From contig NW_027361827.1 in assembly GCF_039654945.1 (NCBI RefSeq), forward strand, positions 22,630,001 to 22,694,000: DNA of 64,000 nucleotides, written 5' to 3'. The DNA comes from Dendrobates tinctorius (Eukaryota). The first letter of the stretch is position 1, and each line of letters begins with the position of its first letter. The notes below the pieces were generated by a model, which was not told where the DNA came from, did no database searches, and worked only from the letters and a program-made list of their open reading frames with translations. The position numbers and the translations under genes were made by a program. Below, one piece after another: positions 1-11,900 of the stretch.

Positions 1-3000
1 GGAGCCGTGGCGAAACCAAACGGGAGGGCCACAAACTGGTAATGGTCTTGGTTGATTGCGAGTTTGAGAAATCTCTGATGGGCGAAGCAATCGGTATATG
101 CAGGTATGTCTATGGAGGCGAGATATTCTCCTTCCTCCATGGACGCAACGATTGACCGGAGGGATTCCATGCGAAGGTGACGAACTCGAACATACTTATT
201 CAGTTGCTTGAGGTCTAGTATGGGTCGGACGCTGCCTCCCTTTTTGGGCACCACGAACAGGTTGGAGTAGAACCCTCGTAAGCGCTCGTCTGCTGGAACC
301 GGTATTATGACTCCTGCTTGCAGGAGGGATGAAACCGCTTGATGGAAGGCTCGAGCTTTGAGTGGAGGTTTTGGAGGAACAGAGAAAAAACCTGTGCGGT
401 GGGCTGGTAGTAAACTCGATTTTGTATCCTGAAGACACTATTTCCTTGACCCACCTGTCTTCTGTAATAGGCAGCCAGACCTGCTGAAAGAGTAGCAGTC
501 GTCCGCCTACAAGTGGGGTGTTTTCCGGAAGGGATGAGTAATGATGAATGAAAAGTCTGAGCTTTCCCTCCCTTGGATTTTGCCTGGCTTTCCTTTGACT
601 GCCAGTTTCTGTCCGGCCTCTGTGCCGCCCGTGTGTTGTCCCTGAGAGGGGAACTGTTATGACTAGCCTGAAGAATTCCGAAAGGAACGGAAACGAGATT
701 GATTACGTCTTTTAAACGTGCGTTTTGGTTTCAGCTGAGGGAGGGAAGTACTTTTACCCCCGGTAGCATTGGATATCATTGTATCCAGCTTTCCACCGAA
801 AGGACGGCCCCTGAAGTACGGGAGATTTGTTAGGGACTTTTTTAAGGCCGCATCCGCCTTCCATTGTCTTAGCCAGAGAATATGCCGGATTGTGATGGCA
901 TTTGATGCTATTTCCACTACCCCTCTTGCAGAATCCAACGCTGCATGGACCATGTAATCTGTCACTACTGCAATTTGCACCGCCTGGTCCGCCAGCTGAG
1001 GATTTGAAGCTTGGAGGCCCTGTTGTAATCGATCAGCCCAGGCCATAATGGCCTTGGCTGCCCAAACTGAAGCAAATGCAGGAGCTAAAGAGGCACCTGC
1101 CGCCTCAAAGATTGAACGAGCCATGCGTTCTACCTGTCTGTCTGCTGCGTCCTTGAGGGTTGAGCTGTCAGGCAGCGAGAGAAGCGTTTGTGCTGTCAGC
1201 CTAGAGACTGGAGGATCCACTTTAGGTGGATCTGTCCAATCCTTAGTGTCCTTCTGTGGGAAGGGGTACTTTGCTTTCAAGTATTTGAGATTGGCGTTTT
1301 CTCAGGCTGCGAAAAATGCTTAGAAAGTATTTTTTTTTTTTTTTTTGAAATTCCGGGTGATCAAGAAAGACCTCAGATGGTTTCTGAACACTTTTAAAGG
1401 AAATCTTGTGTTCTGGTACTTCAGGGGTTGGATCAGAAAAGTCTAGCACCCGAAGGATGGAAGAGATTATATCCTCAACTAGCGCAGCATTGTTAGGGGG
1501 ACAAGGGAGCACAGCGTTCCTTGTTTCGTTATCTGAGTTGGAGTCACATATGCCCTCTGAGTCTTGTGTGGTCTGGGATCGTTGTGGAGATCCACATTGT
1601 CTCTCTGTATCAGGGGACGGTCTCTGTGACCTGTAGCCACTGTCTCTCCCTGGAGGGGGACGACCTAGTGCTATGTGAGGACGCAGATGAACGCGACCTG
1701 TGGGTCCGCTTACGTCTCGAACTGTCGTAAGCGGCCTGTTCCTGATACCGGACGTCCCTTTGCTGGGTAACGTTCATAGTCGAGACATGACCCTGCAGAG
1801 CTTGCAGTAGTGAGGTGGTCAGGTTATCTATAGACTTTGTTATAGACTGCGACATCTGAGTCGCCCATTCTGGCGCAGTAGCGGCCGCAGAAGCGTTGCT
1901 GTTCTTTGGGTACAGTCCCAGCAGTGCGGGTACGTGCTGCCGCTGGGGAGAGTGGCCTTGCAGGCTGTGCAGACTGCGCAAAAGCAGTCTTGCCTGGTCC
2001 TTTTTTGAGCCCGACATAGTAACTATTCGCAGAGGCCCTACAGGTGTATCTACGCAGAGGAAAGGAGGGGTAGGGGAGCGTTATAGGTTACAGGAACTCA
2101 CAGCTGAGTACAAAGGACCCAGCTGTGATCTTACCCCACCGGTGCTCCCCCTAGGTCCAGCGCTGGTAAATCCTCTTGTGCCCCCCAGAGACTGCTGTGC
2201 TGCCTTCAGTTTCTTCAGGTGCAGCAAGATGGCCACCGGATTCTGTGGTGTAGGGGGAATGGGGCGGAGAGCTGAAAAGGGCGCGCGGAGCTATGTAAAA
2301 GCGCGCCCTTCCTGTCTCGATCCGCCCCTTCTATGACACTGTAGTGTCATTTTTCGTCACCCGGGGGCGGGCCGGGGGGCGGGAATAAGGCGGCGACTTC
2401 GGCTAGGCCGAAGCCGCAGCCTAAATTTGATAGCTCATGCCCAGAAGGGCTCCAGGACGGCGCGGTTGTCCGGAGGAGGGTTGGATTCCAACCAGACCCC
2501 CCCGGATTGAACGGTAGGCTAGCGGTGGGGACATGAGCGCCACCTGAGCCCTGTGGGGGGTCCCTTTGAGGCGCTATGCAGCTGGTGCTGCCGCAGAGAC
2601 AGGGGTGCCGGGAGCCCTGTCTCTGACAAGTGCCATGCCTGCCTGCACCTCCCCCGGTCCAAACAGGAGCCCGCAGCTGGGCTGGGGTCCCTGGACATGT
2701 AAGTGACCGAATGGTGCCTGGTACAGGCCCTACCTGCGGTGTCTCGACCTAATGCCCCCAGAGGGGGATTAGGGAGGGTGCTACTGTCACCATCAGGGGG
2801 CTTCGTCCTACCCTCGACCTCAACCCAGAGCCCAAGGAAACTGGTGAAGGAGGGGGGGTTCTCGACTTCGAACCAGTACCCGAGGGACTGGGGAAGGAGC
2901 GACATGGGGAAGAGCCATCTCGACCTCAACCGGGTACCCCTTAATAGGGGACCGAGGAGGGAGCCATGCCGGGGGTCTCACTGGAGACCCGCTTTTCTTC

Positions 3001-3230
3001 ATCTGTAATCCGTTGAAAAAAATTAAGGAAAAAAACGGAAGAGAGAAAAAAATCTTAGGTGTGCCTCCTTGCGACACTAAGCAAAAACTGGAGAAGGCCG
3101 ACGCCGTCCAGGGGTGTATACTGCAGAGGAGGAGCCAAAGTTAATCTTTTTCAGATTATGCATAGTGTCGCCTCCTAGTGGACAGCAGCATAACACCCAC
3201 GGTTCTGTGTCCCCCAATAAGGCGACAGAG
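1..3230 (-). mobile_element. DIRS retrotransposon copy A: 5' ITR, leader, gag-like ORF1 and start of RT; continues off the left edge
   Basis: Terminal sequence 3080-3230 resembles the ITRs of copies C and E (gcagcatacacccatgg...tgtcccccaataaggcga); gag motif PPKVDPPVSRL; RT N-terminus SSGYKIEF. Confidence 0.92.
663..2017 (-). pseudogene. DIRS-A ORF1 (gag-like), frameshifted
   Basis: ORFs 1610..2017, 1243..1512 and 663..1280 are successive pieces homologous to ORF1 of the other copies. Confidence 0.85.
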
Positions 3231-3684
3231 TAATTACCTGAATGGACCGCTGTTGAATCACATGAAGGGTGTCCCTCTGTAAAGTTTATTCATTCCTGGT
3301 TGGGCCAATTTGGAAGTTGAGGTATTATACAGTTGTGCAGACATCACTGCATATTATTGGTGTTCTGTGGTGTGTACCACTAGATATTAATCATACAGCA
3401 CTTGTATTTAAAATTGTGTATACATTCCTGCTGCTATTGGCATCACATGAGATGGTAATGTTTCCCTCTCTCTCGTTTGTATTTGCACCTTTCTTGCTAT
3501 ATCTATTTTTAAAGATGTTTCAATAAAATCATTTTTAATCTTCATGGTGCTTCACTTCATTTCTCCTATACACAAGTAGGGGTGAATAGAGGTGTATGTC
3601 TTGGGTCTTATGAAGTACCTGATAGTTTAATTATTTTCTACTTAAAATTGTGAATTAATAAAAACCCTCACTGTAGCATTGATC

Positions 3685-4434
3685 CACTCCCGCCTGGATT
3701 ATTGCAACACTCTATTAAATGGCCTCCCCGTTTCTCGACTATCCCTTCTCCAGTCCATACTTAATGCAGCAGCCAGAGTCATCTATCTGGCTAAATCGGT
3801 ACTCAGACACGTCCACTCTTCGCCAGTCCTTACATTGGCTGCCCATTCATTATAGGATCCAATTCAAAGTACTTGTTCTCACCCACAAAGCTCTCCACAG
3901 TGCAGCACACCCCTACATCTCCTCCCTCATTTCTGTCTATCGGCCTAACCGACCGCTGCGCTCTGCAAACGACTTTCGACTAACCTCTGCACTAATCCGT
4001 ATCTCCCACTCCCGACTCCAAGACTTCTCCCGTGCTGCGCCAATCCTCTGGAATGCTCTACCCCAAGAAATTAGGACTATCCACAATTTGCATAGTTTCA
4101 GGCGCTCCCTCAAAACACATATATTCAGAGCGGCCTATCACATTCAGTAATCAAAGTCATTCTATGTGTAACTGTGCATGTGTAGCCCATTCACTATCTC
4201 CATCCATCCCTCACTCCCTCAAGATGGCTGGACCATCATTGTAAATACACCATTGTAAATACACACCTGTACTTTGTATCTCCCCCACCTCATTTGTAGA
4301 TTGTAAGCTCTCACGAGCACGGTCGTCTTATTTTGTTTTAATTATTGTTTTGCTAACGTTGTTACTTATGACTTGTGTTTTGAAACTGTAAAAGTGCTGT
4401 GGAATATGTTGGCGCTATATAAAGATTATTATTA
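3685..4434 (+). mobile_element. L2 LINE 3' fragment
   Basis: RLDYCN...LHWLPIHYRIQFKVLVLTHKAL...FSRAAPILWNALP...LKTHIF, the typical L2 ORF2 C-terminus; ends in an (att)n tail. Confidence 0.9.
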
Positions 4435-4439
4435 TGTAG

Positions 4440-5132
4440 ACTATTTGTGACCAGTCTCTTTCTTATGGTGGAGTCATGAACACTGACCTTAACTGAGGCA
4501 AGTGAGGCCTGCAGCTCTTTGGATGTTGTTGTGAGGTCTTTTGTGACCTCTTGGATGAGTCATTGCTACGTTCTTGGGGTAATTTTGGTTGGCCAGCCAC
4601 TTCTGGGAAGGTTCACCACGGTTCCATGTTTTCACCACTTGTGGATAATGGCTCCCACTGTGGTTTGATGGAGTCTCAAAGCATAGGAAATGGCTTTATA
4701 ACCTTTTTCTGACAGATCGATATCAAAGACTTTTCTCATTTGTTTCAGAATTTCTCTGGATTGAGTCATGATGTCTAGCTTTTTAGGATCATCTGGCCTA
4801 CAACACTTTGTCAGTCAGGTCCTATTTAGGTTATTTTTTTGTTGAGAACAGGTGTGGCACTAATTAGGCCTGGTTGTGGATAGGGAATTTGAACGCCACC
4901 AAAGATGTGATAAAATTAACTGTGGTTTAAGGGGGCAATCAATTTTTCTCACGGAAGCCTAGAGGTCTGGATTTCTTTTTCCATTAATAATAAAAGACCT
5001 TCATTTAAAAACTGTATTTTGTGATTACTTGGGTTATCTTTGTCTAATATTTACATTTGTTAGGAGATTTGAAACATTTGTGCAACAAACATGCAAAAGA
5101 ATATGAAATTAGGAAGGGGATAAACACTTTAA
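4440..5132 (-). mobile_element. Tc1-like relic (5' part of transposase and terminal region)
   Basis: Degenerate Tc1 N-terminal (HTH) coding sequence on the minus strand, followed by AT-rich terminal sequence. Confidence 0.65.
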
Positions 5133-5589
5133 CAAACCGTAAATTTAAATATTTAATATTGATTCTTTTACTATAGTATTAAGCATATGATTAGGATAAA
5201 ACTGAGTAGAAGATTACACTTAAAAATATTATCCCAAGGAGAGCCCAACTCGGATCCTTGTACAAATGTAACCAAGAACTCAACACACATGCCTTGTTAG
5301 AAAATTTGATAAGTTTTTTCAAAATTGAGCATCAAAATTTTGAATTTGACTCCCCAAAAACAACATATCAACACTCTTTTGACACATCAAATTAAAGCTT
5401 GTATTGTTCTAAACAAAACTGTGCTTCTCCTGTCTCTATCTTATTTCTAACCCGAGATATGGTCAAATAATGTAATATCATACAAGTCCAAAACTTTAGC
5501 AAAACAAGCGGAGGACATCGGGTAAAAAAAAAAAAAACAGATTTGGATCACTTAAAATGGAATGACCCTTCAGCACAAGTGAACTTTAC

Positions 5590-5728
5590 CTCTGTATCAA
5601 CCACGACATTGTACAGCCGACCACCAGCTACCACTTCTAATGCTGTTGTAGTAGAAACATCTTTCACGGAGATGAGTGAAGCTATGAGACCCTTTACACG
5701 GCCTTTATCCCAATTCTTTTCTGGGTCC
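5590..5728 (-). CDS. SMC2: SMC2 exon, start of hinge domain ([23 protein letters not shown]...[10 protein letters not shown]), 139 nt
   Basis: Hinge motif VKGLIASL...[11 protein letters not shown]; aag| and |gtaaag; phase 2/0. Confidence 0.97.
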
Positions 5729-6360
5729 CTTTGAAGACAAAGATAGTACATTGCAATAAAGATTGAACTTAGCCCAAAGTATGATCAGTCTTGTGACAAT
5801 ATTAATATGACTTCAACATATTCTTTTGTGGAATCAATTTTTTTTATTGCATTTAAATTGAAGATACAAAACAGACCCCCCTTACGCACAATACCTACTA
5901 AATATATATCCAGGTACGTAAAAACAGAAAAATATCAATTTTCCTCTGTAAAGTATATAGTGCCTATTTATCCAACGCTATGCCCCAAACATGATTTATT
6001 CCAGGTAGAGCAGGACACCACAAGGAACGTTAGAGGGCATCCATACGTTAATAATAACAAAGCAAATAGTTAGCCATCCCAAGTAAAAGATCCCCTAAAG
6101 TCACACAAATGGTGTGACGCCAGACCCGGGATCTGGTCTCATCAGTGCAGTCAGGGCCAGACCCGATGCATCTAAACGTAGTGATCGTATGTCATTACAT
6201 TTCCTCATCGATCCTCTTTAGAGACGTATATTTTATTATCCATTGTACCTAACCAGTTCAGTCCATTTATAAACTCCCTCAAAGTAGGAACAGATTTTTT
6301 TCAACCAGTACTGCGCTAAGCTTTCTGTCCATGTATAACATCCTTGCCACGGCCAACACA

Positions 6361-7316
6361 GGCTAGTTTCACACTAGCGTTACAGGGCGAAGTGCACGGC
6401 CGCAGCTAAGCTCCACTCCGGGCCGCGCCCCCTCTGGTCAGCTCCACCTCTGATCGCATGACGCTGAAGAGACAGCGCCAGGACGGGTAAGTATAGCGAA
6501 ACTCACCTGTCCTGCGTCCATGGCTGCTTGCTGCTGTCTGGCACGTCATCTGTCAGTGACGTTCAGACAGCAGAGGGCGCGGTGACGTGGTTAGTGCGCA
6601 CCGCGCCCCCTACAGTCTGAACGTCACTGACAGATGACGTGCCAGACAGCAGCAAGCAGCCATGGACGCAGGACAGGTGAGTATCTCAGGTGCCAGCAGT
6701 GACACCGGCACCTGGCCCCAGCGACTGAGAGGTGAGTATGTCATTTTTTTATTTTTAAATGCAGCAGCAGCACATGGGGCCAGCATATAGGGGCATAATC
6801 TATGGAGAATCTTATAGGGCCAGCATATGGGGGTATAATCTATGGAGCATCTTATGGGGGTAGCATATAGGGGGAATAATCTATGGAGCATCTTATGGCG
6901 GCATAATCTATGGAGCATCTTATGGGGGCAGCATATGGGGGCATAATCTATGGAACATCTTATGGGGCCATAACCTTTATGGAGCATCTTATGGGGCATA
7001 TTATTCTATGGAGCATCTTATGGGGCCATTATTAACCTTTGTGTAGCATTATATGGGGTGTATTTTGTATGGAGCATCTTATGGGACTATCATTAACTGT
7101 ATGGAACATTATGTGGGACTCCTGATTCAATATGGATATTCAAAAACATTTAACCTACTGATGTCTCAATTTTACGTTAATTGGTATCTATTCTTATTTT
7201 TTAAATTCACCAGTAGCTGCTGCATTTCCACCCTAAGATTACACTCGAGTCAATAGGTTTTCCCAGTTTTTTGTGGTAAAATTAGGGGGGGTCGGCTTAT
7301 ACTCGAATATATACGG
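6361..7316. mobile_element. Composite MITE: Harbinger-like left end, internal hairpin, minisatellite, pogo/Tc2-like right end
   Basis: Starts ggctagtttcacac (same as 42775); inverted repeat of about 68 bp at 6501-6682; ends cttatactcgaatatatacgg|ta. Confidence 0.6.
6775..7115. repeat. Degenerate minisatellite, unit about 40 bp
   Basis: Recurrent ggggcataatctatggagcatcttatgggg. Confidence 0.9.
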
Positions 7317-7367
7317 TACTTTATAACAGCAGCTTGAAATATGATTTTAGAAAATTGTAGAAAAAAT

Positions 7368-7520
7368 GCAGCACTCCCCCATAAGCAGTAATAAATTAAG
7401 TCCTTTATTCAGCCATACAAGGCATTTGGACATAGTTCATGGGACAAGCAGTTACAGGAGGGTAGCGGGGATTGAGCCGGACGACGGCCGTTTTGCGTCG
7501 TAGACGCTTCTACGGGTCCA
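7368..7520 (-). mobile_element. Penelope-like terminal remnant with hammerhead-like motif
   Basis: Minus strand reads hammerhead-like fold (7479-7519), then AATAAA, then ...ggagtgctgc. Confidence 0.55.
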
Positions 7521-8373
7521 GGTGTATAATCAAGTGAGGTTATTTCCTTTTTAAAGGGTTATGACTGCACAATTTATTTTTTTTAAAGCAATAAAAAAAT
7601 CTTATAACATTAAAAACAAATAAAATTATGGAACCTTGTTGTTCATTCTGGGAGCCCTCAGGTTGACATTGGGGTGCACCACCAGTGACAAATCACTCAA
7701 CCGTGGAGAGATCCTTACGGCTGAGAAAGTCAGTGGCCTAGTTATCCACCTCAGGGATAAGTACTGCAGAGAGACCTGGAACGTTCTGTTCAGCCCAAAT
7801 AAGGATGCGGGATACCTCTGATATGACGGATTTGCTCAGAGTTCCACCCTGGTGACTGATGTATGCCACGGTTTTAGCGTCGTCATACTGGATGCGGACA
7901 GGACAGCCAGTCAGGAGATCCTTCCAATGAAGGAGAGTCAAGTAAATGGCTCTGATCTCCAGAAGGTTGATGAGAGGAGAGGATTCTTGGTTCCCTACAG
8001 CGATCCCAGGCTGTAAGCATCTGGAAGACAGCTCTCCAACCCAAGAAGACTGGCGTCTGACGTCACAACCTTCCACCAAATTGGCTGAAAACTTCTTCTG
8101 TGGTGGATAAGGGGAGATAAGCGCCACCAAGTCAGATCTTTTATCTAAGGGGGAAGGACTATAAGCTGATCCAGGGATGCGATCGTCTTGTCCTACCGCA
8201 AAAGCAGGGCCAGTTGAAGAGGTTGAGTGTGGAACTGAGCTAAAGGAACCACTTTCATTGCCGACACCACCGTGCCCTGTAACATGCTATTGTAGAGCTG
8301 AAGAGAACAAGGAGATAGCTGACGGAGACTGAATTCAGAATAGGAGGGCAGAAATTTTTTTCTTTGGGGAAGA

Positions 8374-8562
8374 TGTGAATACTTTTCTGCCCAATGATGA
8401 CAAAAGTATTCTCAGAGTGATACCTTTATTGGCTAACCAGAAAATAATATGTTTGCAAACTATCACTCTGAGCATACTTTTGTCATCATTGGGCGTAAAA
8501 GTATTGACATCGATTTTTCTGGCTAACACGGTATTACAATATAATTTATTATTGTACATCAC
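8374..8562. mobile_element. Small hairpin insertion with about 13-bp target duplication (possibly Penelope-derived)
   Basis: Inverted arms of about 50 bp (8372-8422 / 8461-8511); ttctttggg(g)aaga is present on both flanks. Confidence 0.6.
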
Positions 8563-8704
8563 TTCTTTGGGAAGAAAAACTCTTGCATGAATGGTGTAGA
8601 ATTCTATACCTAGGAACATTAGGCACTGTGTCTGGATAAGAGAAGACTTTGATCTGTTAAAGAACCAGCCAAGGAGGAAAGATTGTCAAGAGGAAGCTGT
8701 AGAC

Positions 8705-9743
8705 CAGAGGTCTCAAACACACGGCCCCTGAGGAAGTCATCTGCGGCCCATGGTGCACCACAACCACATGTCTCACTCCGTGAGGCAGGTAGAAGGGGGA
8801 AGGCACGCATTCAGGAGCACGCGATGGCTGCTCTGTGTGCACAGGTCCTGGGATGAGGTCACAGGAGGGGAGGAGTCAGGGATCACATGATCAGGGGCCT
8901 TAGTGTATGCAGGATGCTGCTGCAAGTGCTGGTTGTCATGGTGCTGGATGCAGGTAAGTTAATGTGTGGGGTCAGGAGGGGTTTACAGGGTGCGCGGAGC
9001 CGCGAGTGCACGAGGCGCGCGGAGCCGAGCCGCGAGTGCACGAGGCGCGCGGAGCCGAGCCGCGAGTGCACGAGGCGCGCGGAGCCGAGCCGCGAGTGCA
9101 CGAGGCGCGCGGAGCCGCGTGTGCACAAGGTGGACGGAGAGGAGCCGCGCGTGTATGAGGTGTGCAGAGCCACGTGTGTACAAGGTGTCCGAAGCGGAGC
9201 CGCGCGTGTACAATGTGTGAGGAGTGGAGATGTGCGTGTACGAGGTGTGCTGAGTGGAGATGTGCCTGTATTTTGGCATGGGGGGCCCCATTTGAAAGTT
9301 CGCACCAGGGCCCATAAATTTGTAGTTATGCCACTGCTCACGCTAGAAGAGAGGAGCAGTGCGCCGCCCTGTAGTGGCTGTGGTCCTGCGTGATGACATC
9401 CCTCTGGCGCTGTGCAATGACATCATGCCAGCGCGCAGAGAGCGGAGGCGTGACTTCCCCCCATTGATGGATTTTGCAGGTGCCTGTGGCTGTGCGCGTG
9501 TACAGCGAGATGATGGCGCCGCCTCACATGCAAAGCCGACACTATCATCCGCTGAGGTAAGCTGTACATCGCAGCAGACAACCTATTTGAATGGCCACGA
9601 TCGGTATTAGCACCGATCGTGGCTGTTTAACCCCTTAGATACCGTTTCAATTGTGGCAGTATTAAGTTTGAAAGGAATGCGGGCCGCCAGCTTAAATTTT
9701 TTTTACGTGCGACCCATTTACTCTGCCGAGTTTGAGACCCCTG
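8705..9743. mobile_element. Non-autonomous hAT transposon
   Basis: TIRs cagaggtctcaaac / gtttgagacccctg; perfect 8-bp TSD CTGTAGAC (8697-8704 and 9744-9751). Confidence 0.93.
8991..9270. repeat. GC-rich 30-bp tandem repeat (about 4 perfect copies, then degenerate) inside the hAT element
   Basis: Unit gcggagccgagccgcgagtgcacgaggcgc. Confidence 0.95.
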
Positions 9744-10827
9744 CTGTAGACGGTCAGCAACCCTGATGAATGGGGGCCTTGATTAGAACGTCATCCAAAT
9801 GAGGAATAGAAATAATCCCTATGGAATCATGTATAGCGTGACCTTCATGAAGGCTCTAGGAGACAAGACTACACCAAAGGAAAGGGCCGTGAACTGATAA
9901 TGGAAGTCCTGAATAGCGAACCGGAGGATTCTTGGATGACCTAGAAAGATAGTAATGTAAAAGTAAGCATCCTGAATCTCTACAGAGCCGAGGACCTCCT
10001 CAGGTTCCATGGAGGCCATTAAACTTGAGGTCCATTAATGGAACAAACGGAGCCTTCCTTCTTTGGAACCACAAACAAGTTAGACCGGAAAAGCGTTCCT
10101 GAGCAGGAACAAGAATGATGACATCTGCTAGAGAACGAGATGCAATAGCCTTGATGAACCTGGAAGCTAGAGAGTGTTTCTTTGGTGGTTGAGACGTGAA
10201 AAATCAATTTCGAGGGAATGAAGAAAATTCGATTATGAAGCCAGAGGACCACAGAAAGCCAAATCTTGAAAAAGTAGGAGACGATTGGGAGAAGCTCCAC
10301 CTGGGGGTGCCCCGTAAAGCGGAACAGAATGTATTGGATTTGAAAGAGGGCCTTTTCTTTACTTGCCATGCAAGGCATTGTTCCTGACGTTTATGACACT
10401 CAGAAAAAAGCAAACTGACGAAAGAATTGAAAAAAATCGTAGTTACTTACCGATAGCGGTATTTCTCCGATCCCATGACGGCACCACGGAGAGAGGGGAT
10501 CCGCCCCACGGGGACTGGAAACCTACTGATAAAAAGGCGGTACCTCTCTCCCGCATCAGTTGTTTTACAGAGCATTAATGGAACTTCAGCCTAATATGAA
10601 TACAACACTTGAAAAAAAGGAATTTCTATAATTATTAAACTGCGTAGAGGAGACACCACGTGACTTTCTAACTAAACTGTATTTACAACAAGTGTGCACC
10701 CCACGCGTGTAGGGAGGGGATATACGGGTGCCGTCATGGGATAGGAGAAATACCGTTATCGGTAAGTAACTACGATTTTCTCCTTCCCCCATGACTGCAC
10801 CACGGAGAGAATTGCAGAGACTATCTA

Positions 10828-11900
10828 TTAGGGGGGGACCACTGCCTCCAGCACCCTTCTACCAATGGTTAGATCTGAGGAGGTGGCTAGGTCCAGCCGA
10901 TAGTGGTTAAAGAAAGTTGAAGGAGAGGACCAAGTAGCGGCTCTACATATCTGCTCAATGGAGACGCCTGCTCTCTCTGCCCAGGAAGTTGACACCGCTC
11001 TTGTGGAATGGTCCATTATTCTGCCTGGGATGTCCGCGCCTTCTGACGAGTACGAAAAGGTGATGGCGTCCCTTATCCACTTCGCTAGTGTGCTCTTTGA
11101 TGCCTTTCTCCCTTTCTTTGGTCCCTGGAAGCAGACAAAAATAGCCCTATCCCTCCTACACTCCCTGGTTGCCGCTAAGTATTCCACTAGGCATCTCCTG
11201 ACATCTAATGTGTGCAAGGTCTCTTCTCTCTTGTTTTTGGGATTGGGGCAAAAGGAGGGGAGGGAGATTTCCTGAGTTCGGTTGAAACGGGACGCTACCT
11301 TCGGCAGATAGGCTGGGTCTGTTCTAAGTACCACCCTGTCATCCATAATCTGTTTGAATGGAGGAAAGGCCGACAGGGCCTGGATGTCGCTATTTCTACG
11401 GGCCGATGTGAGGGCTACCAGGACGGAGGTCTTGATAGATATTAATTTCAGCTGTGCTGTCTGAAAAGGCTCAAAGGGAGGCTTGGTCAGGGCTGAGAGT
11501 ACTTAGTTTAGATCCCAGGGAGGGGTGTTTAGGGAAGACGTGGGCCTGGATCTACCGACTGCCTTAATGAACCTGGACACCCAACGATTCCCCGCCAAGT
11601 CACAGTTGTATAGGGCCCCCAGGGCTGCCACTTGAACCTTTAGTGTGCTGGTAGCTAGGCCTTGCTCTAAACCTCTTTGTAGGAACTCTAAGATGTTAGA
11701 TATGGGTACCTTCCCCTTCGGGCTAGCCTTTGATACTGAAAGGAACTTTCTCCAGACCCTCCCGTACTGTTTGGTGGTTATCGGCTTCCTGCTTCGCAGT
11801 AGCGTGGATACTAAACTTTGGGAGAAGCCTCTGTTGATTAATAGAGCCCTTTCAAATTCCAGGCCGTCATGTGTAGGTTCTCCGCCTGAGGGTGCAGTAC
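10828..11900 (-). pseudogene. DIRS-B tyrosine recombinase (ORF3), frameshifted
   Basis: PWDLN, SARR, HSTR, AATW and FFNHY motifs. Confidence 0.9.

Noticed and set aside
8883-9393. Several overlapping ORFs with repeated peptides (ECTRRAEPSR and others)
   Set aside because: They result from a stop-free 30-bp GC-rich tandem repeat inside a hAT element.
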